Shown piece by piece: positions 19,853 to 30,019 of a DNA stretch of 64,000 nucleotides. Source of the stretch: Candidatus Bathyarchaeota archaeon (GTDB taxonomy: Archaea > Thermoproteota > Bathyarchaeia > Bathyarchaeales > Bathycorpusculaceae); assembly GCA_963811105.1 (NCBI GenBank), contig CAWEPZ010000009.1, positions 1 through 64,000 of the forward strand, in the 5' to 3' direction. The position numbers and the translations under genes were made by a program. Position 1 is the first letter of the stretch. Every line of letters begins with the position of its first letter. The notes below the pieces were generated by a model that saw nothing but the letters and a program-made list of their open reading frames with translations, ran no database searches and was not told the DNA's origin.

Positions 19853-20983
19853 TTATGCTGCTGGTCTTTGCCCGAGGATAACAGTTACTTGAACTTGGGC
19901 AGTTCCTCTAAATGCAGTTATTAGTAAGCTAGCGCCTGGCATAGTGTTTTCTTCTAAGTAGCTTGCTAAGTCATCTTGGTTTTTTATTGTTTGGTTGTTC
20001 ATAGCGATAATGATGTCGCCGACTTGTAATTTGCCATCTGATGGTCCTCCACTCGTTATTGAAGAAATCTTCCAGCCGTAAGTTACACTATCACTATTTT
20101 GTTGAGCTAAATCAAAGCTCATGTCTTGCCCCATGACGCCTAGATACGAGTGTCCATGGTAGGTGCCTGTTGAGATCAAAGAGTCTATTTCACGTAGAAT
20201 AGTATTTGATGGAATCGCAAAGCCTAATCCTTGTGAATCGGTGACTATTGCTGTTGTAATGCCCACGACATTTCCAACCGAGTTAAGAAGTGGACCACCT
20301 GAGTTTCCAGGATTTATCGGCGTGCTTGTTTGAATAATGTTTGCAATCGAAAATCCTCCTGCCGTATCTTCAGTTATCGTTCTTCCCAGTGCACTTACAG
20401 TGCCAGTGGTCAACGAACCTATGAGTCCATAGGGATTTCCAATAGCTATAACTGGTTCACCGACGCTTAATGGGGAGGAGCTTACTATAGTGACTGGTTT
20501 CAGCTCTGACGCGGGCGCATTATTAACTGAAACTACAGCTAAATCAGAGTATGGGTCTGTTCCAAGTACTGTTGCTGCGTAGCCATTTCCATCTGGAAAA
20601 GTGACGCTCAAACCGCTTGTTCCTTGGACTACATGATAATTAGTTAATACAACGGTTCTATCTGAAAACTTGTAGACAAACCCTGAGCCTTGAACACCAC
20701 CGCCGCTAGTCGTACCTTGTATTAGAACGACCGAGTCGCGCACTCCTTGATAAATGTCGGCTAGGGACGTGCCGTTTTGAAGGATGGTGATGTTTTGGTA
20801 GGTAGCATTTTGGAAGCCTTTGAGGCCTGAGACTTGATTTTGCAGATCTGTTACTTGGTTGTTTAAGCTGTCTACTTCCCTCATGGTGAAAACATAAACT
20901 CCTAATGCCCCGAGAAGTAAGCCCGCGGCAAACAGGAATATTAGAATGCTGGCAGTTGTTTTGGTAGATCCGTTGGTTGTCAT
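19853..20983 (-). CDS. htrA: HtrA/DegP-like S1C serine protease with PDZ domain
   Basis: N-terminal TM, GSGF, TNYHVV, DLAV, INPGNSGGPL, C-terminal PDZ. Confidence 0.93.
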   Translation of the reverse strand: MTTNGSTKTTASILIFLFAAGLLLGALGVYVFTMREVDSLNNQVTDLQNQVSGLKGFQNATYQNITILQNGTSLADIYQGVRDSVVLIQGTTSGGGVQGSGFVYKFSDRTVVLTNYHVVQGTSGLSVTFPDGNGYAATVLGTDPYSDLAVVSVNNAPASELKPVTIVSSSPLSVGEPVIAIGNPYGLIGSLTTGTVSALGRTITEDTAGGFSIANIIQTSTPINPGNSGGPLLNSVGNVVGITTAIVTDSQGLGFAIPSNTILREIDSLISTGTYHGHSYLGVMGQDMSFDLAQQNSDSVTYGWKISSITSGGPSDGKLQVGDIIIAMNNQTIKNQDDLASYLEENTMPGASLLITAFRGTAQVQVTVILGQRPAA

Positions 20984-21032
20984 CTTTCAATTACCTTTAG
21001 AGAGAATTCACTTGTATAAGAAATAAAAGTTG

Positions 21033-22034
21033 CTATTTTCGGCGGTCCACTATCTCCAGCGCTTCAGGTCCCGTGCCAATTAATGTGATGGGTACGCCTG
21101 TTTTGTCTTCAACTTCCTTGACGAAGTTTTTTGCATCTTTAGGCAAATCATTGTATTTCTTGGCTCCTCTGCAACTTGGGAAAATAACGTCCAATTTTGT
21201 CATTGCCGCCTGTGTAGCACCGTTTATCTTAGCAGTTTTTTTTGCCAAGTCGAAGTCAAATGGTGCTGAACGCCGGTCTCTTCCTGTTCCTGCGGCTACT
21301 TCAAACCAACCTCTTTGTTGTGCTTCTTCTTTTGTTATTTCTCCCGGAAGTGGTCCTGCGCCGACTCTTGTTATAAATGATTTGAAAACTATAAGGACGT
21401 CGTCAACTCTCGTAGGTCCTACTCCTGCTTCTGATGCGATTGCTGAGGCGCCCGTATCTCTTGCAGTTACGTACGGGTAACCGCCGCCTAAAAACAGTGA
21501 TAACATGAATCCTTGTGTGCCTTCGAGAAGAACCTTTTTTCCGCTATCTAAACCATCGTTGACTTCCTGCACCTGGTCCGTAACATAAGGTTTCAATTCA
21601 GGGATGTCTTTCGCAAGTTTCGCAGTACGTCTAACACGTTCTTCAATGGCAGGACCAACACCTCGACCTGTGGTTCCAATGCCTTTGTTGACCGCGCTTG
21701 CCTTATCGGCGGCCCCATGCTTCTCTTCAATTATTGAAGCACTTTGGTCTATACCAATTCTGCCTTTCACCTTAGTTAATTCAACTTCATCAAAAAACGT
21801 TTTAACATCAACGTTTGCCCCTGCTGCGATAAGAAGACGCGTTTTTGGATTAATGAAGGCAGCGGGAACCATATGCAGAGCGTATTTTTTGCCTTCAAAC
21901 CAGACAGTATGGGCTGCGTTTACCGAGCCGGTTCTCACGCAGAAATCAAGATTATCTTTTAAGGCCAAATACGAGATTATTTTTCCTTTGCCCTCGTCTC
22001 CCCAGAAGGCGCCGACAATTACAGTACAAGGCAT
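21033..22034 (-). CDS. purA: Adenylosuccinate synthetase (short archaeal type)
   Basis: GAFWGDEGKGK, IGTTGRGVGPA, LEGTQG, YPYVT, TRVGAGP, TKLD. Confidence 0.97.
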   Translation of the reverse strand: MPCTVIVGAFWGDEGKGKIISYLALKDNLDFCVRTGSVNAAHTVWFEGKKYALHMVPAAFINPKTRLLIAAGANVDVKTFFDEVELTKVKGRIGIDQSASIIEEKHGAADKASAVNKGIGTTGRGVGPAIEERVRRTAKLAKDIPELKPYVTDQVQEVNDGLDSGKKVLLEGTQGFMLSLFLGGGYPYVTARDTGASAIASEAGVGPTRVDDVLIVFKSFITRVGAGPLPGEITKEEAQQRGWFEVAAGTGRDRRSAPFDFDLAKKTAKINGATQAAMTKLDVIFPSCRGAKKYNDLPKDAKNFVKEVEDKTGVPITLIGTGPEALEIVDRRK

Positions 22035-22102
22035 CTATTGTTTCACCGCTTGACAAGTCATCTCAAGAATTATTTAAAGTTGTAGTGGTTTCAATCTGAT
22101 TT

Positions 22103-22282
22103 TTATTCGCGACTTTGTTTCTTACATTCGTTAATTAGTTGGGCTAAGAGACAGGTTACACAGTCTGAGAAGCTGTGTATTCCTTATTTTATTAAATATT
22201 CTTCTTTTACTTTGAGCCATTCTTTAAAGAAGTAACCGTAGACTTCCGCCCTGACAGTGATGCTCTATTAGCCTTTTCTTAT
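22103..22282 (-). pseudogene. Decayed ribbon-helix-helix-like regulator
   Basis: IRKG**SITVRAEVYGYFFKEWLKVKEEYLIK*GIHSFSDCVTCLLAQLINE; three in-frame stops; N-terminus resembles RKGYECVTV of the divergent gene. Confidence 0.55.
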
Positions 22283-22442
22283 GCGTTATCGTTTCCCTTC
22301 ATAAGCATAGTTAACAAACGTACATTACAAAGTACTCTACTTCTACGGTAAGAGCGGTCAGTCGATTGATATATTATTGTTGAAACGATTAAACGTTGAT
22401 AATTTTATGTAAGATTTTACAATAAACTGGATACGCCGTTAA

Positions 22443-22474
22443 TTATATATTGAATAGTACCGTAAAGTACGGTA
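22443..22474 (+). promoter_or_regulatory. TATA box plus perfect operator-like palindrome
   Basis: TTATATAT at 22443, then TACCGTA-AAG-TACGGTA at 22458-22474. Confidence 0.65.
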
Positions 22475-22489
22475 TTGAAATTGGACATT

Positions 22490-22639
22490 TTGCCACGAAA
22501 AGGATACGAATGCGTAACGGTCACCGATAAAATACACGAAGAAATAAGGCAAAAAGCCAAAGAAAACAACTACTCAATAAGACAATATATTGAAGACTTA
22601 AAGGCTAAAGATAAAGCAGCCGAAAAAGAAGGAAACTGA
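22490..22639 (+). CDS. 49-aa ribbon-helix-helix-like DNA-binding microprotein (not in ORF track)
   Basis: TTG start; MPRKGYECVTVTDKIHEEIRQKAKENNYSIRQYIEDLKAKDKAAEKEGN. Confidence 0.7.
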   Translation: MPRKGYECVTVTDKIHEEIRQKAKENNYSIRQYIEDLKAKDKAAEKEGN

Positions 22640-22828
22640 TATTTACCTATTAAGGTGATTCAATACAACAACCACGTTCTTGAAGCACAACTAATTTGTG
22701 ACTGATATTGTAAAATAGAAGGTAGCGGTCTAATATCCAGAAAAGTCTAATCTAAAAATACCAAAGAATAAGCTGCTGCTAGTTTAGATGTGTTTTAGGA
22801 AAAAACAAAGTTCAATACAATAGAACTT

Positions 22829-23209
22829 CTAAGAACGCTTTCTTGCTGCTTCGTAATCTATTCTTTCCAACAGTTTAATGACTCTTTTACCTTTTGATTT
22901 TTTTTCTTTATGAGTTATCGTACCTACATTAGGACAAATGTCATCCAAAATAGTTCCTACCGATTCATCTAAGATAACAGGATATACACGACAACCCGAA
23001 GGTCTATCACAGTAAACACTGCATCGCTGTTTGACTCGATTATAGAAAACGCAATAACCTTCCCGATTCCTAAGTTGAGCATATCCTTGACGATCAAATT
23101 TTACAAAGTAACCTCTGCCAAAGCCCCGCTTTTTTAAACGAACGATGTCTTCTTTTGATAGAAGCATTTCGGTTTCTTTACAACAAACCCCACAGTGTGA
23201 ACAACGCAT
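22829..23209 (-). CDS. YkgJ family cysteine cluster protein
   Basis: CSHCGVCC...CVFY...CSVY..RP.GCRVYP...CP. Confidence 0.9.
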   Translation of the reverse strand: MRCSHCGVCCKETEMLLSKEDIVRLKKRGFGRGYFVKFDRQGYAQLRNREGYCVFYNRVKQRCSVYCDRPSGCRVYPVILDESVGTILDDICPNVGTITHKEKKSKGKRVIKLLERIDYEAARKRS

Positions 23210-23262
23210 AAACTTGAAAAAGTGTTTGCTTGTATTTTTGGTTTTGTTTCTTCAAAGTATTC

Positions 23263-23499
23263 TTAGCCTGCTGATTGCAGTATGTTTGAGTTTAGTAATT
23301 CAGCATAAGCGATGTTTCTTAATGGTATACAAGTAGTTCCGTGTCTTTTGTTAAGAGCGTACTCAAGTAGGAAGCTTTTTCCTGCGCCTTTTAAGATTGC
23401 CGTCAATTGCACATTTATTATGACGGCTCCGTCTTTAAGATGCAGGTTGACGTTTCTTCCGATGTATGATTTGGCACAGTTAACGCTGAAATTCTCCAA
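23263..23499 (-). CDS. Small Sm/LSm-like beta-barrel hypothetical protein
   Basis: YIGRNVNLHLKDGAVI.NV...IPLRNIAYAE. Confidence 0.6.
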   Translation of the reverse strand: MENFSVNCAKSYIGRNVNLHLKDGAVIINVQLTAILKGAGKSFLLEYALNKRHGTTCIPLRNIAYAELLNSNILQSAG

Positions 23500-23506
23500 A
23501 GCCTTT

Positions 23507-23644
23507 TCACCACTCTTTTTCTTGGTCAGCTATCTTAACCCAGCATTGCTGGCAGATAGGCAGTTTTTCGCCTTTTAATTGGATGTATAATTTGATATTT
23601 TCGCTTTTGCAAACGTCGTTCCAGGGGTTTTTGCAATGTTCCAT
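23507..23644 (-). CDS. 45-aa Cys4 microprotein (not in ORF track)
   Basis: MEHCKNPWNDVCKSENIKLYIQLKGEKLPICQQCWVKIADQEKEW; GAGGT SD. Confidence 0.75.
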   Translation of the reverse strand: MEHCKNPWNDVCKSENIKLYIQLKGEKLPICQQCWVKIADQEKEW

Positions 23645-23778
23645 TTTATTTACCTCTAACTCACGGTTTGGCGTTGATTGCTTTTAAAGCGCTTGCAGAG
23701 GCGACTGTTTGAGGTGGTGGAGGGGTGAGTGAAAGTGAAGCTTTATACCTTTACTTTCAAAGTGGTTAATGGAGGATC

Positions 23779-24219
23779 ATGTTTAATCTTGCTAGTCCTT
23801 ATGTGTTCATTCCCACAATCGGCTTATTTATCCAAATTATTGTTTTGGCATTGTTGATTTACGGGTATTTTCTCTACAGGCGACTGGTTTTTCAGAGGCA
23901 TGGCCGAGTAATGGCTGTAGCGGTTTTCTTACATTTGATTGTTATATTTGCAGTCATGATTCCTTCTTTTGTTCTAGCAATAATTCCAGAGTACATCCTT
24001 CGACATGCTTCTGGACTCGTATCAGTCGTTACTTTGATTCATGTACCGTTTGGCACATTAGCAGCTTTGTTTGGCATCTGGTTTGTAGTTTCTTGGAGGC
24101 TTCAAGGCTTGAAAGGCTGCTTCAACAGAAAAAGAAAAATGCTGTTAACAATGATATGTTGGCTGGTTTCAACCGTTCTAGGAATTGCACTTTACACTAT
24201 TTTCTATTTGCCTTTTTGA
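23779..24219 (+). CDS. Four-TM membrane protein (DUF420-like)
   Basis: His-containing helices (RHGRVM, FLHLIV, LIHVPFG). Confidence 0.7.
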   Translation: MFNLASPYVFIPTIGLFIQIIVLALLIYGYFLYRRLVFQRHGRVMAVAVFLHLIVIFAVMIPSFVLAIIPEYILRHASGLVSVVTLIHVPFGTLAALFGIWFVVSWRLQGLKGCFNRKRKMLLTMICWLVSTVLGIALYTIFYLPF

Positions 24220-24225
24220 TAAGGT

Positions 24226-24768
24226 CTAAAGTTCTATTATTTGTGGAGAAATATTTTCCTTTGTTATTTTTAGCAACCCGACTGAAGGCTTATTTACCAA
24301 AGATGCTGGATCCGTCGGGCTACCTGGGTTAATGTAAAGAATTTTTCCCTCCCATTTAATTCTGGAGCTATGTGTGTGCCCGTAGACAAAAACATTAAAT
24401 CCATATTGCTTAGCTATAAGTTCCATTTCATTTGTCCCATGCACAATATCAGGGTCATGCATAACTCCAATTTTCCACTCAAAAATCTTAAGCGAATCAA
24501 GCTTTGGCAACCCAATGCCAACTTCAGGCCCGTCCATATTGCCGTGTACCGCCAAAACTGGAGCAATTTGCTCCAATTCATCAATAACAGTTAACTCCAC
24601 TAAGTCACCAGCGTGGATGATGAAGTCAACGTTCTTGAAAATCTCAAAAACCCTTTGAGGTATACAAATAGCTCTTTTAGGGATATGGGTGTCTGAGATT
24701 AAACCGATGCTTTTTGAGGCTTCGAAATTTTGGTTTGATTTATTAATTATTGTTTGCTCACTAGACAT
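24226..24768 (-). CDS. YfcE/MJ0936-family metallophosphoesterase
   Basis: SDTH, HAGD, GNMD, GHTH, NPGS motifs. Confidence 0.93.
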   Translation of the reverse strand: MSSEQTIINKSNQNFEASKSIGLISDTHIPKRAICIPQRVFEIFKNVDFIIHAGDLVELTVIDELEQIAPVLAVHGNMDGPEVGIGLPKLDSLKIFEWKIGVMHDPDIVHGTNEMELIAKQYGFNVFVYGHTHSSRIKWEGKILYINPGSPTDPASLVNKPSVGLLKITKENISPQIIEL

Positions 24769-24904
24769 TTTTAGGGTGACACCAAGTAATAGGCATCCTG
24801 CTAGTTACATGGATAGGTTTGGTATAAATAATTTTATATCAAAATGTTAAAATGTAAACATGAGCTCGAGCACAAAAAAGCAATGGAAGAAATGAGAAGT
24901 TAGT

Positions 24905-26263
24905 TTAAGTCAAGAACCTTTTCACGGTCTCGTACAATACGCTTGTGCCAAAGACAAGGTTCTCGATAGTTATCCGCTCATCAATTCCATGCATCCGTTT
25001 CTCTAGTTGGTCTTTTGGTTCATCTGGAATCATCGGTTGAAAACCATAACATATGCTGCCCTCTTCCCTGAAGAAGCGCGAATCCGTTCCACCTGTAGTC
25101 AATGAAGGGGCTATTCCGCAATCAGGCTCAAACTCACGAAGAACCTCTGTGATAGTGTGATAAAGCTGTGTTTCAGTAGTTGATTCGGAGCCGTCATGGG
25201 CTTGAATAAACTCAAAACTTAACTTATCCAAACCCACATCCTCAAGCATACCCTTAATCAAATCAATGGTTGCGGTAACGCTTTGCCCTGGAAGAATTCG
25301 GCAATCAAAAACCGCTTCACACTCAGAAGGAATAATGTTTTCTTTGACTCCGCCTTTGATGATTGTTGGTGTAATTGTCATTTTGGTTCTCGGTCTAATT
25401 TCCTCAGCTAAAGCATGATCCTTCAGTGCTAACTCATCTAATATTTCCTCGCTTTCCGTTGGGCAGCTAAGTAAACGCGTTATTAATTCGTTTAAGTCAG
25501 GGTTATGGTTGGCAATTTCAGCAAGGTACTGCTTAAGTGTCGGAACATAGATGGTGGCTGGCTTGAAATCGCGGAGTTTATCAATGACTTTGCTTATGCG
25601 AATAATTGCGTTATCCGCCGTGTTAGGGGTTGAGCCGTGGCCTGGGGTGCCTTTTGCTGTTATTTTAAGCCACAGAATTCCTTTTTCAGCTGTCTGCACT
25701 GTGAAGACGTTGCCTTTTTTGGTTGGGGTGGCTAATCCTCCGCCTTCATTTAGCAAGTATGGGCACCAAACTTTTTCTCGGTAGTTCCGCAAGAGGTAGC
25801 CTGCGCCTTCTTCGCCGCCTTTTTCCTCATCTGCAGTTGCTGCCAAAACTATGTCGCCTTTAAGCTTGATGTTGTTTTTCTTTAACAGTTTGAGTATCAT
25901 GATTTCGATGGCTGTCATGCATTTCATATCGTAAGCTCCTCTGCCGTAAACGTAGCCATCTGAAACCTTTCCTTCAAATGGAGGCACGGACCACTCATTT
26001 GGGTTTGCTGCAACCACATCAAGATGAGACAACAGTAACAAACTGGGTTTTTCTCCTGTACCCTTCAACCTGGTGATTACGCTGCCTCTTCCAGGCGCTG
26101 ACTCAATAATTTCAGTTTTGAAGCCTTCTTTGGATAGCATTTTTGCTATGTATGTTGCTGCTTGTGTTTCGTTGCCTGGGGGATTAGTTGTGTTAAAACG
26201 AATTAAATCGCTAAGCAAATTTGTAATTTCTCGCTCTATATCTTTTAGAATTGCAGGTGACAT
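24905..26263 (-). CDS. M20/M25/M40 family metallopeptidase/deacylase
   Basis: SHLDVV, GRGAYDMK, DEEKGG, GHGS, GGTDSRF, HGIDERI. Confidence 0.93.
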   Translation of the reverse strand: MSPAILKDIEREITNLLSDLIRFNTTNPPGNETQAATYIAKMLSKEGFKTEIIESAPGRGSVITRLKGTGEKPSLLLLSHLDVVAANPNEWSVPPFEGKVSDGYVYGRGAYDMKCMTAIEIMILKLLKKNNIKLKGDIVLAATADEEKGGEEGAGYLLRNYREKVWCPYLLNEGGGLATPTKKGNVFTVQTAEKGILWLKITAKGTPGHGSTPNTADNAIIRISKVIDKLRDFKPATIYVPTLKQYLAEIANHNPDLNELITRLLSCPTESEEILDELALKDHALAEEIRPRTKMTITPTIIKGGVKENIIPSECEAVFDCRILPGQSVTATIDLIKGMLEDVGLDKLSFEFIQAHDGSESTTETQLYHTITEVLREFEPDCGIAPSLTTGGTDSRFFREEGSICYGFQPMIPDEPKDQLEKRMHGIDERITIENLVFGTSVLYETVKRFLT

Positions 26264-26441
26264 TAATTCTTCAACTCCTTAATCGTGAGTCTAGGCGTTT
26301 TTTCTCTTAAGAGTATCGATCACATTGTTAGTGTTGGACTCCCTTTATCTAAAATGGGCTTCGAGCTTTTTCGAGAAAATTTTGTTTTTCAAAGAGTTGA
26401 GATTGTTATTGACATCATAGCCTTGTACGTTCACAAGTTGA

Positions 26442-26666
26442 TTGAGGGGTAACTTGTTGGAGAGAAAAGAGGCGATAGCTCTTTTAGCTGAATTAGGTAC
26501 ATTTCAACTTGTTAGTCCTGACTTTGTTATTCTTGAACAAGGAAACATAGGTAATTATCAACTGAAAATTAGAGGTAATTACAGCTTCAAAGACGTAGTA
26601 ACGTTTCTAAAAAATAGGTTCTGTTCAGAAGAAATCAATAATTACTTAATTATTTTTAAGCCGTAG
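26442..26666 (+). CDS. Small hypothetical protein
   Basis: ORF with LERKEAIALLAEL...YQLKIRG...YLIIFKP; the true start is probably a few codons downstream. Confidence 0.55.
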   Translation: MRGNLLERKEAIALLAELGTFQLVSPDFVILEQGNIGNYQLKIRGNYSFKDVVTFLKNRFCSEEINNYLIIFKP

Positions 26667-27191
26667 AAAACTATTGTTAAACGTTTTGTGTGCTCTAAAA
26701 ATTGCAGACTTACCAAGTCATTTAGTTTTTAGAAGTTCATCCATCAGCGTAAGTAAGAAATATCCTTGTTCTTTATCTAACTTGGTACATGATAGACCAT
26801 GAAACAAGTTATAGACTTCGACACCATATTTCTCTTTGAGTTGTTTCCCATTTTGTTCAATAATCTCGGTGCTTGAATTTTTAATCATTAAAGACCCTCA
26901 CTTCTTCTATTTTACGATAGCAAATTTAAGATTTGTTGCCTTCTCAAATATAAGTTATTGAAACCCAATTTGGTATAGAGAAAGCCTCAAGTTTTGCAGA
27001 GTATTTTGTTTCGGTGCTACTCTGAATTAAATCAATAATCCATTCAGAAAATTCTTCTTTTATCTGTTTGTAGAAATATTCTTCTTTGCTTTTTTCAATT
27101 GTAACAGTGGAATACAAAAGTTTTAGAAATGAGGAAGAGTTTTAGTCCTCTAAGCAATGTAACGACAATGCATTCTTGTGCTCCAAAACTG

Positions 27192-28334
27192 TTAGTACCG
27201 TTCTGGCTCTTTCTCAACAAGCCCCTTTAGTTTAGTTAGGGTTTCCTGCATCGATTCCCGTTTCGATGCGCCTCCATCCCTGAATGTTACTCTTGAATAG
27301 ATTTGAGTAAATACTATTCGCGTTTTGCGCCCTTCTTCAAAGGGTTCAAAATCAAATGTTGTGTCAGTTGTGAAGGCTCCAGAAGAGTAGTAATGAACTT
27401 TCTTTGGCGGATCAAAAGGTTGCACAATTGTCGAGAAACCACCATCTTCTAAATTCATTCTGCCGCCAACTTTCCAATCTACAGATTTAAAGCTGAAGCC
27501 TATCCAGTCTTTCCAGCGTTCAATTTGTATAAAGAATCGCCAAACGGTTTCAGGGGAACGTGCGACTATAATTTGCTCAGACATTCCTCCTACGGGTTGG
27601 GGCAAGTCGGGTATTATTAAGGATTTATCAAGATTTTCAAAATAGGCTGGATTAGGGTGCTTAAAATAATGAATGCCATATACTTTTCTTTGGTCATAAG
27701 ACCAGAAGTTCATCTCTTCATCTTTCCCGCTTCTTAAATCCTCTAAAACCACTATTTGTCTAAGGATTTTTACAGGACCCTCTAACTCTCTTGAATTAAA
27801 ATATTTATCCTTGAAACCCACAACTTTCCACCACCACCCTTCACTCCACCCCTTTTCATGAGAAATAGGTCTCATGTCAAACCATGTTCGAATTACATCG
27901 CCTTCTTTTAGATCTGAAGAAGAAAAAACCTCTATGAAAGACTCGCTTTCGTTGAAAGTCTCATCCAGCGGAGGAACCCATTTTGCAGTCCTAACGGTAT
28001 CCAGATAAGTGTGATCGACAGTGGTATCAAAGCCGTATATGTTTTGTTTGCTTGCAATTAGAACATTCTTGCCTTTACTTGTTAATTTGAAATAAGTGGT
28101 TTTTTTGAACAGCCCTTTTTTCTCAAAGGTCGTCCACAAGCTTCCATCAAGGTGATTCAGATGGTCAATTTGGATAGGTACAGCGATACCTTTCACTATT
28201 AGCATTTGCTGCAACGTTGCTTGCTCTATGGGTTCACTGCTTCCATAATATGATTTTCTGGTTCCATCGATTGTTGTGAGTATCTCCAAGCATATATTGC
28301 ATTCTAATAAAGCAAATTCATCCATCCAAATCAC
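27192..28334 (-). CDS. Hypothetical protein with C-terminal SRPBCC-like domain
   Basis: C-terminal IIVARSPETVWRFF...WKDW...WKVGG...TRIVFTQ...LTKLKGLVE. Confidence 0.65.
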   Translation of the reverse strand: MIWMDEFALLECNICLEILTTIDGTRKSYYGSSEPIEQATLQQMLIVKGIAVPIQIDHLNHLDGSLWTTFEKKGLFKKTTYFKLTSKGKNVLIASKQNIYGFDTTVDHTYLDTVRTAKWVPPLDETFNESESFIEVFSSSDLKEGDVIRTWFDMRPISHEKGWSEGWWWKVVGFKDKYFNSRELEGPVKILRQIVVLEDLRSGKDEEMNFWSYDQRKVYGIHYFKHPNPAYFENLDKSLIIPDLPQPVGGMSEQIIVARSPETVWRFFIQIERWKDWIGFSFKSVDWKVGGRMNLEDGGFSTIVQPFDPPKKVHYYSSGAFTTDTTFDFEPFEEGRKTRIVFTQIYSRVTFRDGGASKRESMQETLTKLKGLVEKEPERY

Positions 28335-28378
28335 AATCCTTAGTATCTCTGCCTTTAGAATATAAAGTGAGTCATCCG

Positions 28379-28609
28379 TTACGACCTTGGAATGGTTGTT
28401 TTCCCTTTTCCGTAAACTTCGACAGCACCCACTTGTCTGAAAATATTTAGGTTGTCAGTGACGTTCCAGTACTCCGCTAGTTTGCCGTTCACGATGCGAT
28501 AGATATCTACAGCTTTTGATGTTATCTTTTTTCCAGTTGGATTTAACCCCATAAATTCGCCTTTATGAGTTCCAGTGTAAATAAGGAGAACCCAAACTGC
28601 AAACATCAA
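28379..28609 (-). pseudogene. Truncated SnoaL-like ester cyclase
   Basis: TGTHKGEFMGLNPTGKKI...VDIYRIVNGKLAEYW; N-terminal half missing. Confidence 0.75.
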
Positions 28610-28847
28610 TTCGCTGGAACCACATGGAGCATCAAAGCGAAATGTTGGAATGTAACGGTTAATAATATGACTGATTTTAAAAATCTAAAAGATGATATAG
28701 AAAGATGGAATCAAAAAGAGCGATTTATAGCACCATATTAGATTTGATTCAATTAATCAATCTGCTCATGTGCTTTACCTTCAAGTTTGTGTAAAAATAT
28801 TGTTAAGATTTATATATGATAAAAAAAACGATAGTGGTTGGTAAAAG

Positions 28848-29363
28848 TTGATCATAATGAAAGAACTCAAACCCATAGACTACAAAATACTGTTTGAATT
28901 AATGAAGGATTCTCACAGGAGCGATAGGCAACTAGCAAAATCTCTTGGTGTCTCCCAACCTACAGTAACCCGAAGAAGAGCCATGCTTGAAGAAAACTTC
29001 ATCGAAGGATACACTGTTATTCCAAAATTTGGTCAAATCGGTTTTGAAATGGCCGCTTTAACTTTCCTAAAAAGTAAACTTAAATTTAAAACAGGCGAGG
29101 AAAAAACAGACGCTTTAAAGAAGATGCGCAACTGGTATATGAAGCAGCCCAACGTTATTCTAGTTTTAGACGGACGAGGAATGGGTTGGGATGCCGTCTG
29201 TATTTCACTACACGAAAACTTTGCTAATTTCGCCGATTTCATAAGGGCGCATGATTCAGAACTATCTGAATGGGTCCTTGAAAGCCAAACATTCCATTCT
29301 GACTTGAAAGCCGGAATAATAATCAAACCATTCCACCTAAAATATCTAGCATCACCAGAATAG
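28848..29363 (+). CDS. Lrp/AsnC family transcriptional regulator
   Basis: DYKILFELMKDSHRSDRQLAKSLGVSQPTVTRRR HTH. Confidence 0.92.
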   Translation: MIIMKELKPIDYKILFELMKDSHRSDRQLAKSLGVSQPTVTRRRAMLEENFIEGYTVIPKFGQIGFEMAALTFLKSKLKFKTGEEKTDALKKMRNWYMKQPNVILVLDGRGMGWDAVCISLHENFANFADFIRAHDSELSEWVLESQTFHSDLKAGIIIKPFHLKYLASPE

Positions 29364-29812
29364 ACTCCATATCGACTGGATAGGCTTAATCTCCAAGGAA
29401 GATGAGCTCTTCTTTCTTTATTGCTAAATTTGTTATAAGCGTTTGCTACGACATAGAGAACTGATATTTATTGATGAAAATTCCAGACAAGAAGCCATTT
29501 GAGAAGGACTAACCACCTTTTGACTGAAATCTGTTTAATAAGCATCTTCTTAGCTAAGAAACTAAAAAACTGGCTGCCAAAAAATCATTTGTGCTTTATC
29601 TTCTGTTTATTTTTTTGAGCAGTCTCTTTTTCGGAAGTTTTGGCTTTTTCGTTCTTTCTGCATCAACTGCCAATCCAATCTACCCATATTGCAATAGTTG
29701 TTAATTCGATATAAGGTTTATCACAGATTTTAACTGCGGTTTGTTCGATTGCATATGTTTTCTAAATTTGATCTTTTGCGTCAGAATATTTCGGCTGAAG
29801 ATTAATTTTGTT

Positions 29813-29948
29813 GTGTTGGAGGACTGGTTTTGTTTGTTGGCTACTCATAGCTATCCGTCAACGAGGAGAAAGGAGAAGGCTTCGAAAACGGAAAAACTGT
29901 ATTGGCTTGAGTGATCTCGCCTTCAACTTAAACCAGTCCTCCAATCAC
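29813..29948. ncRNA. Candidate structured non-coding element (ncRNA or MITE)
   Basis: Perfect 15-bp inverted repeat TTGGAGGACTGGTTT (29816) / AAACCAGTCCTCCAA (29930) enclosing smaller stems; TATA-like TTTTAAAT about 25 nt upstream on the minus strand. Confidence 0.4.
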
Positions 29949-30019
29949 TAACAAGACTTAAGATATTATGAAGCATTTAAAAGCCTTATGAATTAAATAT
30001 AAGACTTAGAAATACTAAA

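Noticed and set aside
26718-27140. Short minus-strand ORFs, one with LKEKYGV (MNT antitoxin-like)
   Set aside because: No GSxxxG/DxD nucleotidyltransferase motif or HEPN partner; too degenerate to call.
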